Source: an uncultured Actinomycetota bacterium (GTDB lineage: Bacteria > Actinomycetota > Actinomycetes > JAHEKZ01). From it: 64,000 bases of DNA. Positions 26,090 to 35,896 of the stretch are shown here, piece by piece. A program made the position numbers and the translations under genes. The stretch lies in NCBI GenBank assembly GCA_963718235.1, contig CAVQYR010000001.1, positions 1,120,001-1,184,000 of the forward strand, in the 5' to 3' direction. Position 1 is the first letter of the stretch; each line of letters starts with the position of its first letter. The notes beneath the pieces were generated by a model. It saw only the letters and a program-made list of their open reading frames with translations. It was not told where the DNA came from and made no database searches.

Positions 26090-26710
26090 TTGTCCGCCCT
26101 GAACCCCTCGTTGTCCGGCCCGCGGGTCCTGGCCGACGTCCTGCCCGGCGACCGGGTCCGTGACGTCCTCCTGGTCCTGGGCGGGGCGGCCGTGACCGGC
26201 ATCGCCGCCCAGATCGCCTTCACCATCCCCTCGATCTCCCCGGTGCCTTACACGTTGCAGACCTTCGCGGTGCTGCTCGTGGGGTCGTCCTTCGGATGGC
26301 TGCGTGGACTCCTGGCCATGCTGCTCTACGTCTTCGCCGGTCTCGCCGGCGTCCCCTGGTTCGCCGGCGGCGCATCCGGCTACGACGCGGCGCAGGCGAC
26401 GATGGGGTACCTCGTCGGGTTCGTGCTGGCCGCCGCCCTGCTGGGGTGGCTGTCCCAGCGAGGCAACGACCGGCGCTTCATGTCGTCGGTGGCCGAGATG
26501 TTCCTGCCGATGATCGTGATCTACACCTTGGGGGTCGCCGTCCTCATGCAGCACCTGCCGGACCTCATCGCGGGGACGACGGGGAGCCTGGCCGAGGGTC
26601 TGCAGTTCGGGCTGTACCCGTTCGTGGTGACCGACACCATCAAGGTGCTCGCCGCGGCGGGGCTGCTGCCCCTGGCCTGGCGGCTCGTCGAGAAGGTCAA
26701 GCGCGGCTGA
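26090..26710 (+). CDS. bioY: Biotin transporter BioY
   Basis: PVPYTLQTFAV, GVPWFAGG, TMGYLVGF. Confidence 0.92.
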   Translation: MSALNPSLSGPRVLADVLPGDRVRDVLLVLGGAAVTGIAAQIAFTIPSISPVPYTLQTFAVLLVGSSFGWLRGLLAMLLYVFAGLAGVPWFAGGASGYDAAQATMGYLVGFVLAAALLGWLSQRGNDRRFMSSVAEMFLPMIVIYTLGVAVLMQHLPDLIAGTTGSLAEGLQFGLYPFVVTDTIKVLAAAGLLPLAWRLVEKVKRG

Positions 26711-27180
26711 TGCGGATCCACATCGGCTCCGACCACGCGGGCTTCGAAGCCAAGCAGCGACTGGTCAGGCACCTGACCGAGCGGGGTCACGACGTCGTCG
26801 ACCACGGCCCGCCGGAGTACGACGGACTCGACGACTACCCCGCGTACTGCGTGCGCACAGCGCTGGCCGTGGTGGGTGACCTCGGCAGCCTCGGCGTCGT
26901 GCTCGGGGGTTCGGGCAACGGAGAGCAGATCGCCGCGAACAAGGTCGCGGGAGTGCGGGCGGCACTGGCCTGGAGTGTCGAGACGGCCCAGCTGGCCCGG
27001 GAGCACAACGACGCCAACGTCGTGTCGCTGGGGGCGCGGATGCACCCCTTCGACCACCTGGTCTCGTTCGTCGAGGCCTTCGTTGGCACTGCGTTCAGCG
27101 CGGACGAGCGTCACGAGCGCCGGATCGCCCAGCTCGCCGCGTACGAGCAGAACCACGTCGTCCCGCCGCTGCCGAGCTGA
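26710..27180 (+). CDS. rpiB: Ribose-5-phosphate isomerase B
   Basis: IGSDHAG, GGSGNGEQIAANKV, AREHNDAN. Confidence 0.95.
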   Translation: MRIHIGSDHAGFEAKQRLVRHLTERGHDVVDHGPPEYDGLDDYPAYCVRTALAVVGDLGSLGVVLGGSGNGEQIAANKVAGVRAALAWSVETAQLAREHNDANVVSLGARMHPFDHLVSFVEAFVGTAFSADERHERRIAQLAAYEQNHVVPPLPS

Positions 27181-27185
27181 CCGCC

Positions 27186-27794
27186 TCAGCTCGCACTGGT
27201 GTCGGGGGTGCCTCCCTCCCCGTTCGAGGGATGACTCGACGGGTGCGTCGCGTGGATGGTCACCCAGTCGTAGATCACCGACGTGCGCATGACGGCGTCC
27301 TGCACCGAGCGGTTCTCGCGGCTGATGACCGCCCAGAACAGCCCGATCGGGAAGAACACGCAGAACAGCGCCCGAAGCAGTGCCCACAGCGGACGCATCC
27401 GGGTCCCGCGGACCCCGACCACGCGCAGGCCGAGGATGTGGTCGCCGTAGGTGCGCCCCGTGGTGATCCAGGCAACCAGGAAGTACCCGACCATCAGCAT
27501 GCCGGTCACGCCCAGCCACACGGCGAAGGACGCGTTCGGCACGGTGAACGACGTGGGGTTGACCAGGAAGAGCAACGCCATCCAGCCCAGGAAGAGCGAC
27601 ACCACCGCGACCTGGACGAGGACGAAGTCGATCGTGTTGGCCAGGCAGCGGGACACGATGCCGGCCCGGTGCCCCTGGAAGTCGCGCGCCTCCTTGGGCA
27701 GGACGTCGACGTCCCGGTCGTCGGGCCGGGGCCAGCGGACCCGGGTCTTGGGCCCGGGTGTCTCGGCCGGCGAGCCACTGGGTGGCTGGGTCAC
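27186..27794 (-). CDS. RDD family membrane protein
   Basis: AGIVSRCLANTID, GRTYG...GLRVV, RSVQD. Confidence 0.85.
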   Translation of the reverse strand: MTQPPSGSPAETPGPKTRVRWPRPDDRDVDVLPKEARDFQGHRAGIVSRCLANTIDFVLVQVAVVSLFLGWMALLFLVNPTSFTVPNASFAVWLGVTGMLMVGYFLVAWITTGRTYGDHILGLRVVGVRGTRMRPLWALLRALFCVFFPIGLFWAVISRENRSVQDAVMRTSVIYDWVTIHATHPSSHPSNGEGGTPDTSAS

Positions 27795-28684
27795 GGTGCG
27801 ACCTCCGGCGGGGCGAGGGAATCCGGTTCGCCCGGGGCGTCGGTCTGCCGCCCCCTACGCCACGCCAGGACCCGGTCGACGAGCCGGGCGACCGTCTCGT
27901 CGGCGTCGACGCTCTGCAGGCGCAGCGTGCGGACTCCCTCCGACGCCACCGAGCCGGTCGACCCGCGGATGATGGCCGGCAGGTCGATCCCGTTGACGAC
28001 GTACTCGGCCAGCCCCAGGACGTCGACCTGGGTGACGACGACCTCGGTGAGGTCGAGCTCGGCGAGCGCGGCGTCGACCACCCGGCCCAGGTCGACCTGC
28101 GACACCACGATCTCGGTGAGGTCCAGGGAGGCCAGGGCGGCCCGGACGATCTCGGCCAGCTGCACCTGGTCGACGACGATGCGGGTGAGGTCGATCGGCT
28201 CGGTGGCTGCCGAGACGAGGACCGGAACCCCGCGGTCCCACGCCCGACCCGCCTCGCGCTCCAGCGTCGGCCGGTCGCGGCGCCACTGGGACAGAGCGCC
28301 TCGAAGGTGGTGGGCGGGGCGGAGCGCCTGCGGCACCAAAGGGGGGTCGACCAGCACCGCGGCCACGGGTGTCGCGACTCGCAGGGTGCCGCGCGCGGCC
28401 CGGCCGACCATCGTGGAGGCCTGCCAGCCCACGGCCAGCGCGAGCTCGGTCGCGGGGAACAGGCGAGGTGCAGCCGACGTGCCCTCGGTGGGCCGCGGGG
28501 GCGCAAGCAGCTCGACGGTGGCGGCGGCGAGCACCGAGGCCAGCCCGAACAGGACCCGGGCGGCGCTCTCGGCCGTCGCGGCGATGCCGGGGTCGACCAG
28601 GCTGACCTCGCTGACCGGCCGAGCGAGCACCGGGTCGATGGTCGGCGGGCCGGCGGGGGCCGCAGGAGCATCCATGGAGGTCAT
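27791..28684 (-). CDS. Hypothetical protein with internal ~23-aa repeats
   Basis: LDLTEIVVSQVDL-type repeats; GTGA-coupled to the RDD gene. Confidence 0.7.
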   Translation of the reverse strand: MTSMDAPAAPAGPPTIDPVLARPVSEVSLVDPGIAATAESAARVLFGLASVLAAATVELLAPPRPTEGTSAAPRLFPATELALAVGWQASTMVGRAARGTLRVATPVAAVLVDPPLVPQALRPAHHLRGALSQWRRDRPTLEREAGRAWDRGVPVLVSAATEPIDLTRIVVDQVQLAEIVRAALASLDLTEIVVSQVDLGRVVDAALAELDLTEVVVTQVDVLGLAEYVVNGIDLPAIIRGSTGSVASEGVRTLRLQSVDADETVARLVDRVLAWRRGRQTDAPGEPDSLAPPEVAP

Positions 28685-28693
28685 CCTGCCTGC

Positions 28694-29929
28694 TCAGAAC
28701 ACGAACGGACACCACGGAGCGGTGGGCCACCCGAATGCTGCGTGGGCCCGGGCGGTCGCGCCCGGGGAGCACTCCTCGACGTACCCGGCCTGGGCGAGGG
28801 TGCCCCACGACGTCCCGCCCAGGTAGGTGGCGCCCAGCACTCCGACGTCGACCGACAGGTGTGCGGCGTCGACGGTGCGCTCGCAGGTGGCGCCGGATAC
28901 ACCTCCGGACAGCCGCCAGCGCCCGGCGTTCCACGGGTGGAAATCGTCCCGGACGTCGAGCACGAGGTCGAGGTCGGAGGTGTAGCACCGCCGGGCCAGG
29001 GCGTCGCCGACCTCGCCGAGCCGGATGTACAGCTGGTCGCGTCGTCGCAGCTGCAGCTGCTTGGGATCGGCGAGCCAGGTGAGGACCGGGTCGTCGACCG
29101 GGAGGTTCCACAGCCGCGTGCTGGTCATCAGCTCTGAACCCAGCAGCGTCCGGTAGAGGGCGGCAGTGGCACCTGGGTCGACCGAGACCATCTCGCGGAC
29201 GTCGACCCGGCCGTCGCCGAAGCCCTCGGCCCAGTCGTGGTGGTACCGGAACCGGGCGTAGGCCAAGGGTTCGGACGGACCGGTGACCACGAAAGTGCGC
29301 AGAGAGGAGCCCCCGCCGCGCTCGCTCTCGGGGTCGGCCACCGCGCGCTGGTACCAGGGGTCGCTGAGCGCAGGCATGCCGGGCCTGGCCCGCCGGGCCG
29401 ACTCGTAGACGGCCCTTGTCGCGGACTCGTCATCAGCGGCCGACACCAGCTCCACAGCCAGGCCCGCCGTTGCGGTGTCCGGAGCATGGGCCAGCTGCAG
29501 GTGGTGTGGCACGGAGACCTGGAAGGAGTGCGACGCGACGCCGTAGCCGAACCGCTGGTAGATGGACCCCTGGGAGGCCCACAGGGCGAGCAGCGGTTCG
29601 CGACCCTGCGCGTATGCGGCGTCGTGCACGGTGCGCATCAACGCGGTCATCACGCCGCGACGGCGGTGGGCCGGGTGGACACCGACCCAGGTGACCCCGG
29701 TCGTGGGGACCGAGGCTCCGGGCACGCTCAGCTCGAGGCTGAAGGCGGACGCACAGCCGACCGTGGCACCGCCGTCGTGGGCCAGGACGGCCCGGTCGAA
29801 CTCCATGACGCCGTGGTCGTTGGCGGGGGAGGGCTCCTGCGGGTCTCCGCCGAAGGCGGCGGCGTCGATGGCGTTCAGCCTGGCCCAGGCCTGCTCGTCG
29901 GTGCCCAAGGGCCGGATCTCGATCGTCAC
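28694..29929 (-). CDS. Eis-family GNAT acetyltransferase
   Basis: VGVHPAHRRRG, SIYQRFGYG, SCP2-like C-terminus ending WCPFVF. Confidence 0.9.
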   Translation of the reverse strand: MTIEIRPLGTDEQAWARLNAIDAAAFGGDPQEPSPANDHGVMEFDRAVLAHDGGATVGCASAFSLELSVPGASVPTTGVTWVGVHPAHRRRGVMTALMRTVHDAAYAQGREPLLALWASQGSIYQRFGYGVASHSFQVSVPHHLQLAHAPDTATAGLAVELVSAADDESATRAVYESARRARPGMPALSDPWYQRAVADPESERGGGSSLRTFVVTGPSEPLAYARFRYHHDWAEGFGDGRVDVREMVSVDPGATAALYRTLLGSELMTSTRLWNLPVDDPVLTWLADPKQLQLRRRDQLYIRLGEVGDALARRCYTSDLDLVLDVRDDFHPWNAGRWRLSGGVSGATCERTVDAAHLSVDVGVLGATYLGGTSWGTLAQAGYVEECSPGATARAHAAFGWPTAPWCPFVF

Positions 29930-30035
29930 GAACCCTGGTCTACCAGCCAGTCGGGCTCCCGGGCGACCGGATTCCGCCTCGGGTGGTCCCGCTGCCGCCG
30001 CGCCGGTGACCGTGGGGACCCCCTACCGTGGGGAC

Positions 30036-30575
30036 ATGGCCGATGCAGAGCTCACCTCCACCAACGCGTTGCTGCAGCAGCAGATCGGCAACGAGTTCTT
30101 CGCCTCGCAGCAGTACACGGCGTTCGCCGTCTGGCTCGACCAGCAGGCGCTGCCGCAGCTGGCGGCGCACTTCTACCGCCAGGCGGTCGAGGAGCACAAC
30201 CACTCGATGATGCTGGTGCGGTACCTCATGGACCGTGACGTGGCGGTGACGATTCCCGGGGTGCCAGACGTCCGCAACGACCTCGGGTCGGTGGTCGAGC
30301 TCGTGGAGCTCGCCCTGGACCAGGAGAAGCGGGTAACCGTCGACTTCGAGCGGATCATTGCTGCCGCCCGCGCCGACGGTGACTACCTCGCCGAGCAGTT
30401 CACCCACTGGTTCCTCAAGGAGCAGGTGGAGGAGGTCGCCTCGATGTCGACGCTCCTGCAGGTGGCCCTTCGGGTCGGCGACAACCTGATGCTCCTCGAG
30501 GACTACCTGGCCCGGGAGACGACCGCCGGCGTGGGCGACCCGACCGCACCACCAGCTGCCGGTGGCGCGCTCTGA
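30036..30575 (+). CDS. Ferritin (BfrB-like)
   Basis: QIGNEFFASQQY, EEHNH, WFLKEQVEE, APPAAGGAL. Confidence 0.93.
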   Translation: MADAELTSTNALLQQQIGNEFFASQQYTAFAVWLDQQALPQLAAHFYRQAVEEHNHSMMLVRYLMDRDVAVTIPGVPDVRNDLGSVVELVELALDQEKRVTVDFERIIAAARADGDYLAEQFTHWFLKEQVEEVASMSTLLQVALRVGDNLMLLEDYLARETTAGVGDPTAPPAAGGAL

Positions 30576-30626
30576 CCGGTTGAGTGACCGTTGTCGGTCC
30601 ACCCGGCCTTGAAGGTCGCTCGATAG

Positions 30627-30640
30627 TGCAATATCATGCA
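30627..30640. promoter_or_regulatory. Palindromic operator overlapping a -10 box (leaderless XRE gene)
   Basis: TGCA-ATATCA-TGCA with TATCAT 6 nt before GTG 30644. Confidence 0.45.
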
Positions 30641-30643
30641 TCG

Positions 30644-31231
30644 GTGAGTGCACATGGCGAGGCTGACTCCGGGCTGTCGACGTCGATCGGACGGCGCGTC
30701 CGGGCCGCGCGAAGGGACCGCAGCTGGACCCTGGACGACCTCGCGGAGCGATCAGGCGTGAGTCGGCGGATGGTGGTCAACGTCGAGCAGGGGGCGTCGA
30801 ACGCCAGCATCGCGACACTGCTACGGCTGAGCACGGCGCTGGGCATCAGCCTTGCGTCTCTGGTCGACGTGGCGGACGGGGTCGCCCTGTCCGTACGGCG
30901 CAAGGGCGAGCACCACGTCCTCTGGGAGGGCGAGCACGGCGGGCAGGGGCTGCTCGTGGCGTCGACCGACGCACCAGACGTGGTCGAGCTCTGGGACTGG
31001 ACGCTCGGCCCGCACGACGTGTACGCGTCCGAGCAGCACTCAGCCGGTACCCGTGAGCTGCTCCACGTGCTGGCCGGGTCGGTGACCCTCACGGTCGCCG
31101 ATGAGAGCGTCACCCTCGGCTCCGGGGACGGCGTGTGGTTCGCCGGGGACCAGCCGCACACCTACGCCAACGGCGGTAAGCGGGCGGCCCGGTTCTCCCT
31201 GTCGGTCTACCAGCCGGGGGTCGGAGCCTGA
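30644..31231 (+). CDS. XRE-family regulator with cupin domain
   Basis: WTLDDLAERSGVSRR HTH; cupin with GDQPHTYAN. Confidence 0.9.
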   Translation: MSAHGEADSGLSTSIGRRVRAARRDRSWTLDDLAERSGVSRRMVVNVEQGASNASIATLLRLSTALGISLASLVDVADGVALSVRRKGEHHVLWEGEHGGQGLLVASTDAPDVVELWDWTLGPHDVYASEQHSAGTRELLHVLAGSVTLTVADESVTLGSGDGVWFAGDQPHTYANGGKRAARFSLSVYQPGVGA

Positions 31232-31315
31232 TGACCGACACCACCTGGGCGCTGGCATACGACGCCGTCGACCGGCCTGTCATCTCACCTCTCCTCGACA
31301 CCTGATCGGAGCCTC

Positions 31316-31984
31316 ATGCTCATCCATCCTTGGGACGCTGCCCTCGACGCCGAGGAGTGGCGAGAGTGGCTCGGCACGTCGGCGTTGTTCGGACAGCTCG
31401 TGGTCAACAACGTCGATCGGGCCGAGGCCCCGATGGTCGTGCCCACGCACGCCGTGCTCGACGGGGACGATGCGTTGCTGATCCACCTGGCGCGGCCGAA
31501 CCCGATCTGGGCGCATCTGGATGCGGCCGCGAAAGTCCTGTTCACCGTGGTCGGCGACTACGCCTACATCCCGAGCACCTGGCGCGCCAAGGCCGGGGGA
31601 CCAGACGAGGACGGCGTCCCCACCAGCTACTACGCGACGGTGCAGCTCACCTGCACACCGACGATCCTCGACGACCCCGAGGCGAAGGCCGCATTGCTGC
31701 GCGCCCAGATGATGACCCTGCAGCCCCAGGGGGGTCATGCTGAGATCGGCGTCGGCCTGCCTCCTTACGGGCGCATGCTGCCCGGTATCCGCGGCCTGCG
31801 GCTCGACATCGTTCATGTCACGGCCAAGTTCAAGTACGACGACCACAACCCGATCGACCACCGTCAACGCGTCTCGGCGAACCTGGACCAGCGCGGAGCG
31901 CTTCACGACCCCGGTGCGGCCGCTCAGCAGCGCCGCAGGCTGTCGCGCCTTTCGGGCAGTGACGACGCAGACGCCCGGCAGTGA
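31316..31984 (+). CDS. FMN-binding PaiB-like protein
   Basis: HLARPNP, YAYIPSTW, VPTSYY. Confidence 0.85.
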   Translation: MLIHPWDAALDAEEWREWLGTSALFGQLVVNNVDRAEAPMVVPTHAVLDGDDALLIHLARPNPIWAHLDAAAKVLFTVVGDYAYIPSTWRAKAGGPDEDGVPTSYYATVQLTCTPTILDDPEAKAALLRAQMMTLQPQGGHAEIGVGLPPYGRMLPGIRGLRLDIVHVTAKFKYDDHNPIDHRQRVSANLDQRGALHDPGAAAQQRRRLSRLSGSDDADARQ

Positions 31985-32589
31985 GCGTTGCCCTAGCCGG
32001 CTTCCTGACGGGGCTGTCACTGATCGTCGCCATCGGAGCCCAGAACGCCTACGTACTCAGGCTGGGGCTCGGACGAACCCGCGTTGCCCTGGCGGTGATC
32101 ATCTGCGCCGTGAGCGACGTCCTGCTCATCCTGCTCGGCATCGCGGGCATCGGTGCGATCGTCAAAGCCGCGCCTGCGGCGCTCACTGTCGTCAAGTGGG
32201 TCGGCATCGCCTACCTCGTCGCTTACGGCCTGCGCTCCCTGTGGCGGGCGGGACGTCCCGAGGTGCTCCTCCCTGCCGACAGCGCGACGCCCAGTCGCCG
32301 GGTCGTTGCCGCCACCACCCTTGCCTTCACGTTCCTCAACCCGCACGTGTACATCGACACCGTCCTGCTCCTGGGCTCGGTCGGCAACCAGTACGGAGCC
32401 CAGCGATGGCTGTTCGCCCTGGGGGCGTGTCTCGCTTCGATCCTGTGGTTCAGTGCCCTGGGGTTCGGCGCTCGGTCTGCCGCACCGCTGATGTCACGAC
32501 CGATCACCTGGCGGATCCTCGACACGGGGATCGGGTTAGTCATGCTCCTCATCGCGTGGAACCTGATGCGTACCGACCTGAGCGTGTGA
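31981..32589 (+). CDS. LysE/ArgO amino-acid exporter
   Basis: IVAIGAQNAYVL, LNPHVYIDT. Confidence 0.92.
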   Translation: MSVALAGFLTGLSLIVAIGAQNAYVLRLGLGRTRVALAVIICAVSDVLLILLGIAGIGAIVKAAPAALTVVKWVGIAYLVAYGLRSLWRAGRPEVLLPADSATPSRRVVAATTLAFTFLNPHVYIDTVLLLGSVGNQYGAQRWLFALGACLASILWFSALGFGARSAAPLMSRPITWRILDTGIGLVMLLIAWNLMRTDLSV

Positions 32590-32700
32590 CCGCTCGCCGG
32601 GCTACCCGCTCCCTCCGCGAGGTTGCTGGGGTTGCGTGCCGTTCGCGGGTCGCTTCTGCCGGGTCTTCCAGTCCCCACCGTTGGTGAGCATCATGGGGTG

Positions 32701-33288
32701 ATGACGGCCGATCGCGGCAGCTACCGCACCCGCCCACTGTCTCCGGACACGTGGCAGGACTTCGCTCGCCTTGTGGAGGCCAACAACGGAGTCTGGGGTG
32801 GATGCTGGTGCATGGGGTTTCACACTGAGGGGCTGAGCAAGGACCGGACCGCAGCGGACAACCGGGCCGCCAAACGAGCGCATGTGCGCGCTGGGACGGT
32901 GCATCAGCTGCTCGTCTATGCGGGGGACGAGTGCGTCGGCTGGTGCCAGTACGGCTCGCCTGCGGAGCTGCCCAACATCAAGAACCCTGGTGCGTACGCC
33001 AGGGAGCTCGAGGACTTGCCGGACTGGCGCATCGGCTGCATCTTCACCGGCAAGGGGCACCGAGGCCGGGGAGTCGCCCGAGCCGCGGTCGCCGGCGTGC
33101 TGGATGCCATTCGCGCGGCCGGTGGTGGGGTCGTTGAGGCTTACCCCGAGCAGGTCGATGACCGACCTCCGCAGCGGGGTGCGTACTTCCACACGGGGCC
33201 CGAGACCTTGTTCGAGGAGTTCGGTTTCACCCGCGACCGTCGGATCGCAAAGTGGCGCTGGGTCATGCGCCTGAGCGTGGACGTCTGA
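32701..33288 (+). CDS. GNAT N-acetyltransferase
   Basis: GGCWC, VGWCQYG, HRGRGVA, VEAYP. Confidence 0.88.
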   Translation: MTADRGSYRTRPLSPDTWQDFARLVEANNGVWGGCWCMGFHTEGLSKDRTAADNRAAKRAHVRAGTVHQLLVYAGDECVGWCQYGSPAELPNIKNPGAYARELEDLPDWRIGCIFTGKGHRGRGVARAAVAGVLDAIRAAGGGVVEAYPEQVDDRPPQRGAYFHTGPETLFEEFGFTRDRRIAKWRWVMRLSVDV

Positions 33289-33368
33289 GGCGCATCCGTC
33301 GTGTGCCGTGCGAGAGGAAGTCGGCGCTGCGTCCTGGCGGGTGCCCTGGACGTCGTGGACTTCGTGCG

Positions 33369-33728
33369 TCACTCGGCTTGGGGCCGCGGTTTGAAGCGGC
33401 GCACCTCCTGCGGCCAGCCGCACGCTTCGGCGATCTTGCCGGCCCACATTTTGGCGGCCTCCTGGTCGGCCACGTCCACCACGGTGAGTCCGCCCAGGTA
33501 CTCCTTGGTCTCGACGAAGGGTCCGTCGGTGAACACCAACGCGCCGCTGGTCGCGTCAGCGCTGAAGGTCTTGTCGACCTCCTCCTCCAGCCCTCCGGCG
33601 AACACGTAGACGCCCGCAGCCTTCATCTCGTCGACGACCGCCATCGCGAGTGGCCCGCGCCCGCGGAACCACTCCTCGGTGTGGTCGCCTACCCACTGCT
33701 GGTTGAAGTAGATGAGGTACTCGGTCAT
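33369..33728 (-). CDS. YciI family protein
   Basis: TDGPFVETKEYLGG. Confidence 0.88.
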   Translation of the reverse strand: MTEYLIYFNQQWVGDHTEEWFRGRGPLAMAVVDEMKAAGVYVFAGGLEEEVDKTFSADATSGALVFTDGPFVETKEYLGGLTVVDVADQEAAKMWAGKIAEACGWPQEVRRFKPRPQAE

Positions 33729-33900
33729 GGCTGCTCCTCCTGCTCTGGCAGACCACGGTGTCCGCCTTCGCCGGCGCCACGAACCGCGAGCGTGGCACTC
33801 GGCACGATAGTGCCCCACCGGCTCCTGCGGGTGGCGCCGGCTTCGGCTGCGTGGTCAGCGAGGAACCGACGACCGGGCCGGTGGTGCCACACTGTCGGGC

Positions 33901-35361
33901 GTGGGACCCACCCCCGCCCCGTTTCTCTCCCGCCGGCAGATGCTGGCCGGGGTGCTCGGTGTCGGGGCCGCAGCGGGACTGTCCGCGTGCGGGCTGCGTC
34001 CTGGACCGACCCCGGTCGGACCGGGTGCGGTGGCCGCGGCGGAGTCCGCCCGCTCCACCACTGGGCGCGTTCGCTCTCTCGCGCTTCGGGCCCAACCGGT
34101 CGAGGTCGATCTCGGTGGTCGGGTCGTCACGACCTGGGGCTACGGAGACACCGTGCCGGGGACGGCGTTCCGGGCCAGCGCAGGTGACCGGGTGCTGGTG
34201 GGGTTCACCAATGACCTGCCGGAGCCGACCAGCGTGCACTGGCACGGCCTGGCGATTCGCAACGACATGGACGGCGTCCCCGGGGTGACCACCCCAGAAG
34301 TCGTCCCTGGCGGATCCTTCGCGTTCGACTTCGTGATCCCGGATCCGGGCACGCACTGGTTCCACCCTCATCACGGGATGCAGCTCGACCGCGGCTTGTA
34401 CGCACCGCTCATCGTCGACGACCCTGCAGAGCCCGGCGGGTACGACGCGGAGTGGGTCGTGGTGCTGGACGACTGGACCGATGGTGTCGGCCCCAGCGCC
34501 GAGCAGATCTACGCCGACCTCGCGGCCGGCAGCTCCTCGGGCATGGGTGGCATGGGGATGGGCGGGATGGACGGCGGAGATGTCAGCTACCCGCTGTACC
34601 TGATCAACGGCCGTGCCCCCACCGACCCCGACGTGCTCACCGCCAAGCCAGGGCAAAGGGTCCGGCTGCGGATCATCAACGCCGGCGCGGACACGATCTT
34701 CACCGTCGCCCTGGGTGGGCATGACCTGACCGTCACCCACACCGACGGTTACCCGGTGCAGCCGGTGACGACCTCGGCGCTGCGCGTCGGGATGGGGGAG
34801 CGCTATGACGCGGTGGTCACCCTCACCGACGGGGTCTTCCCCCTGGTGGCCGAGCCGGTCGGGAAGTCTGGTCTGGCCCGCGCCCTGGTCCGCACCGGGG
34901 CCGGTCCGGCCCCTGCGGTTGACGTCCGGCCCGCCGAGCTCCAGGGCTACCCGCTGACCATGGACGCGTTGCGCGCCGCACCTGGCAGCGCCTTGGCGGC
35001 CAAGGACCCCGACACGGTGCAGGACCTGCTCCTGTCAGGATCGATGGGGCCCTACGTGTGGACGATCAACGGACGCACCTACGACGACACCGTCCCGCTC
35101 ACCATCAAGCAGGGCCAAGCAGGGCGGCTGCGGATCCGCAACCACTCGATGATGCCCCACCCGCTGCACCTGCACGGGCACACCTTCCAGCTCGGTGCCG
35201 CCGGCGGTGCCGGCCCGCGGAAGGACACCGTGCTGGTGCCCGCGATGGGCGCCGTCTCGGTCGACCTGGCCGCCGACAACCCCGGACAGTGGATGGTCCA
35301 CTGCCACAACGCCTACCACGCCGAGGCCGGGATGATGACCCGCCTCGACTACCTCACGTGA
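33901..35361 (+). CDS. Multicopper oxidase, Tat lipoprotein
   Basis: SRRQML...LSAC; HWHG, WFHPH, HPLHLHGH, HCHNAYH..GM. Confidence 0.95.
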   Translation: MGPTPAPFLSRRQMLAGVLGVGAAAGLSACGLRPGPTPVGPGAVAAAESARSTTGRVRSLALRAQPVEVDLGGRVVTTWGYGDTVPGTAFRASAGDRVLVGFTNDLPEPTSVHWHGLAIRNDMDGVPGVTTPEVVPGGSFAFDFVIPDPGTHWFHPHHGMQLDRGLYAPLIVDDPAEPGGYDAEWVVVLDDWTDGVGPSAEQIYADLAAGSSSGMGGMGMGGMDGGDVSYPLYLINGRAPTDPDVLTAKPGQRVRLRIINAGADTIFTVALGGHDLTVTHTDGYPVQPVTTSALRVGMGERYDAVVTLTDGVFPLVAEPVGKSGLARALVRTGAGPAPAVDVRPAELQGYPLTMDALRAAPGSALAAKDPDTVQDLLLSGSMGPYVWTINGRTYDDTVPLTIKQGQAGRLRIRNHSMMPHPLHLHGHTFQLGAAGGAGPRKDTVLVPAMGAVSVDLAADNPGQWMVHCHNAYHAEAGMMTRLDYLT

Positions 35362-35502
35362 CCTGACACCCACCCCCGCACACACAGCCGGGGACACGGG
35401 TGGTCGCCGGCGACTGCTTGAAGAAGACGACGCGTGCTTCCCGAACGAGCCACCACCATGTCACATGCTGCTCCCGCATACCAGGATGCCATCCGTGACG
35501 AG

Positions 35503-35534
35503 ATGAAGAATCCATCATGTGCGAAGATATCGCA
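35503..35534. promoter_or_regulatory. Two tandem palindromes, putative ArsR operator
   Basis: ATGA-AGAATCCA-TCAT and TGCGA-AGATA-TCGCA just upstream of the ArsR gene. Confidence 0.5.
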
Positions 35535-35554
35535 ATGAATGGGCGCAGACGCTG

Positions 35555-35896
35555 ATGGCCAGACCACTGCACCAGGCCAAGGCCGACTTCTTCCGGACGC
35601 TCGGGCATCCGGCGCGGATCAGGATCCTGGAGCTCTTGGCCCACCGAGACCATGCTGTGCACGAACTGCTTGACGTGATCGAGATCGAGCCCAGCAACCT
35701 CTCCCAGCAGCTGGCCGTCCTGCGCCGCGCCGGACTCGTGGACCAACGTCGTGAGGCCGGTGAGGTGGTCTACTCCGTCGCCGTGTCAGGTGTCGGCGAC
35801 CTACTCATGGCCGCTCGCGGAGTCCTGCTTCAGTTGATCTCCGACCAGGACCAGCTCAAGGCTCAGCTCCGCAGCACGCGGGCGAGCCGTCGATGA
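35555..35896 (+). CDS. ArsR/SmtB regulator (Rv0081-like)
   Basis: KADFFRTLGHPARIRILELL, SNLSQQLAVLRR. Confidence 0.92.
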   Translation: MARPLHQAKADFFRTLGHPARIRILELLAHRDHAVHELLDVIEIEPSNLSQQLAVLRRAGLVDQRREAGEVVYSVAVSGVGDLLMAARGVLLQLISDQDQLKAQLRSTRASRR

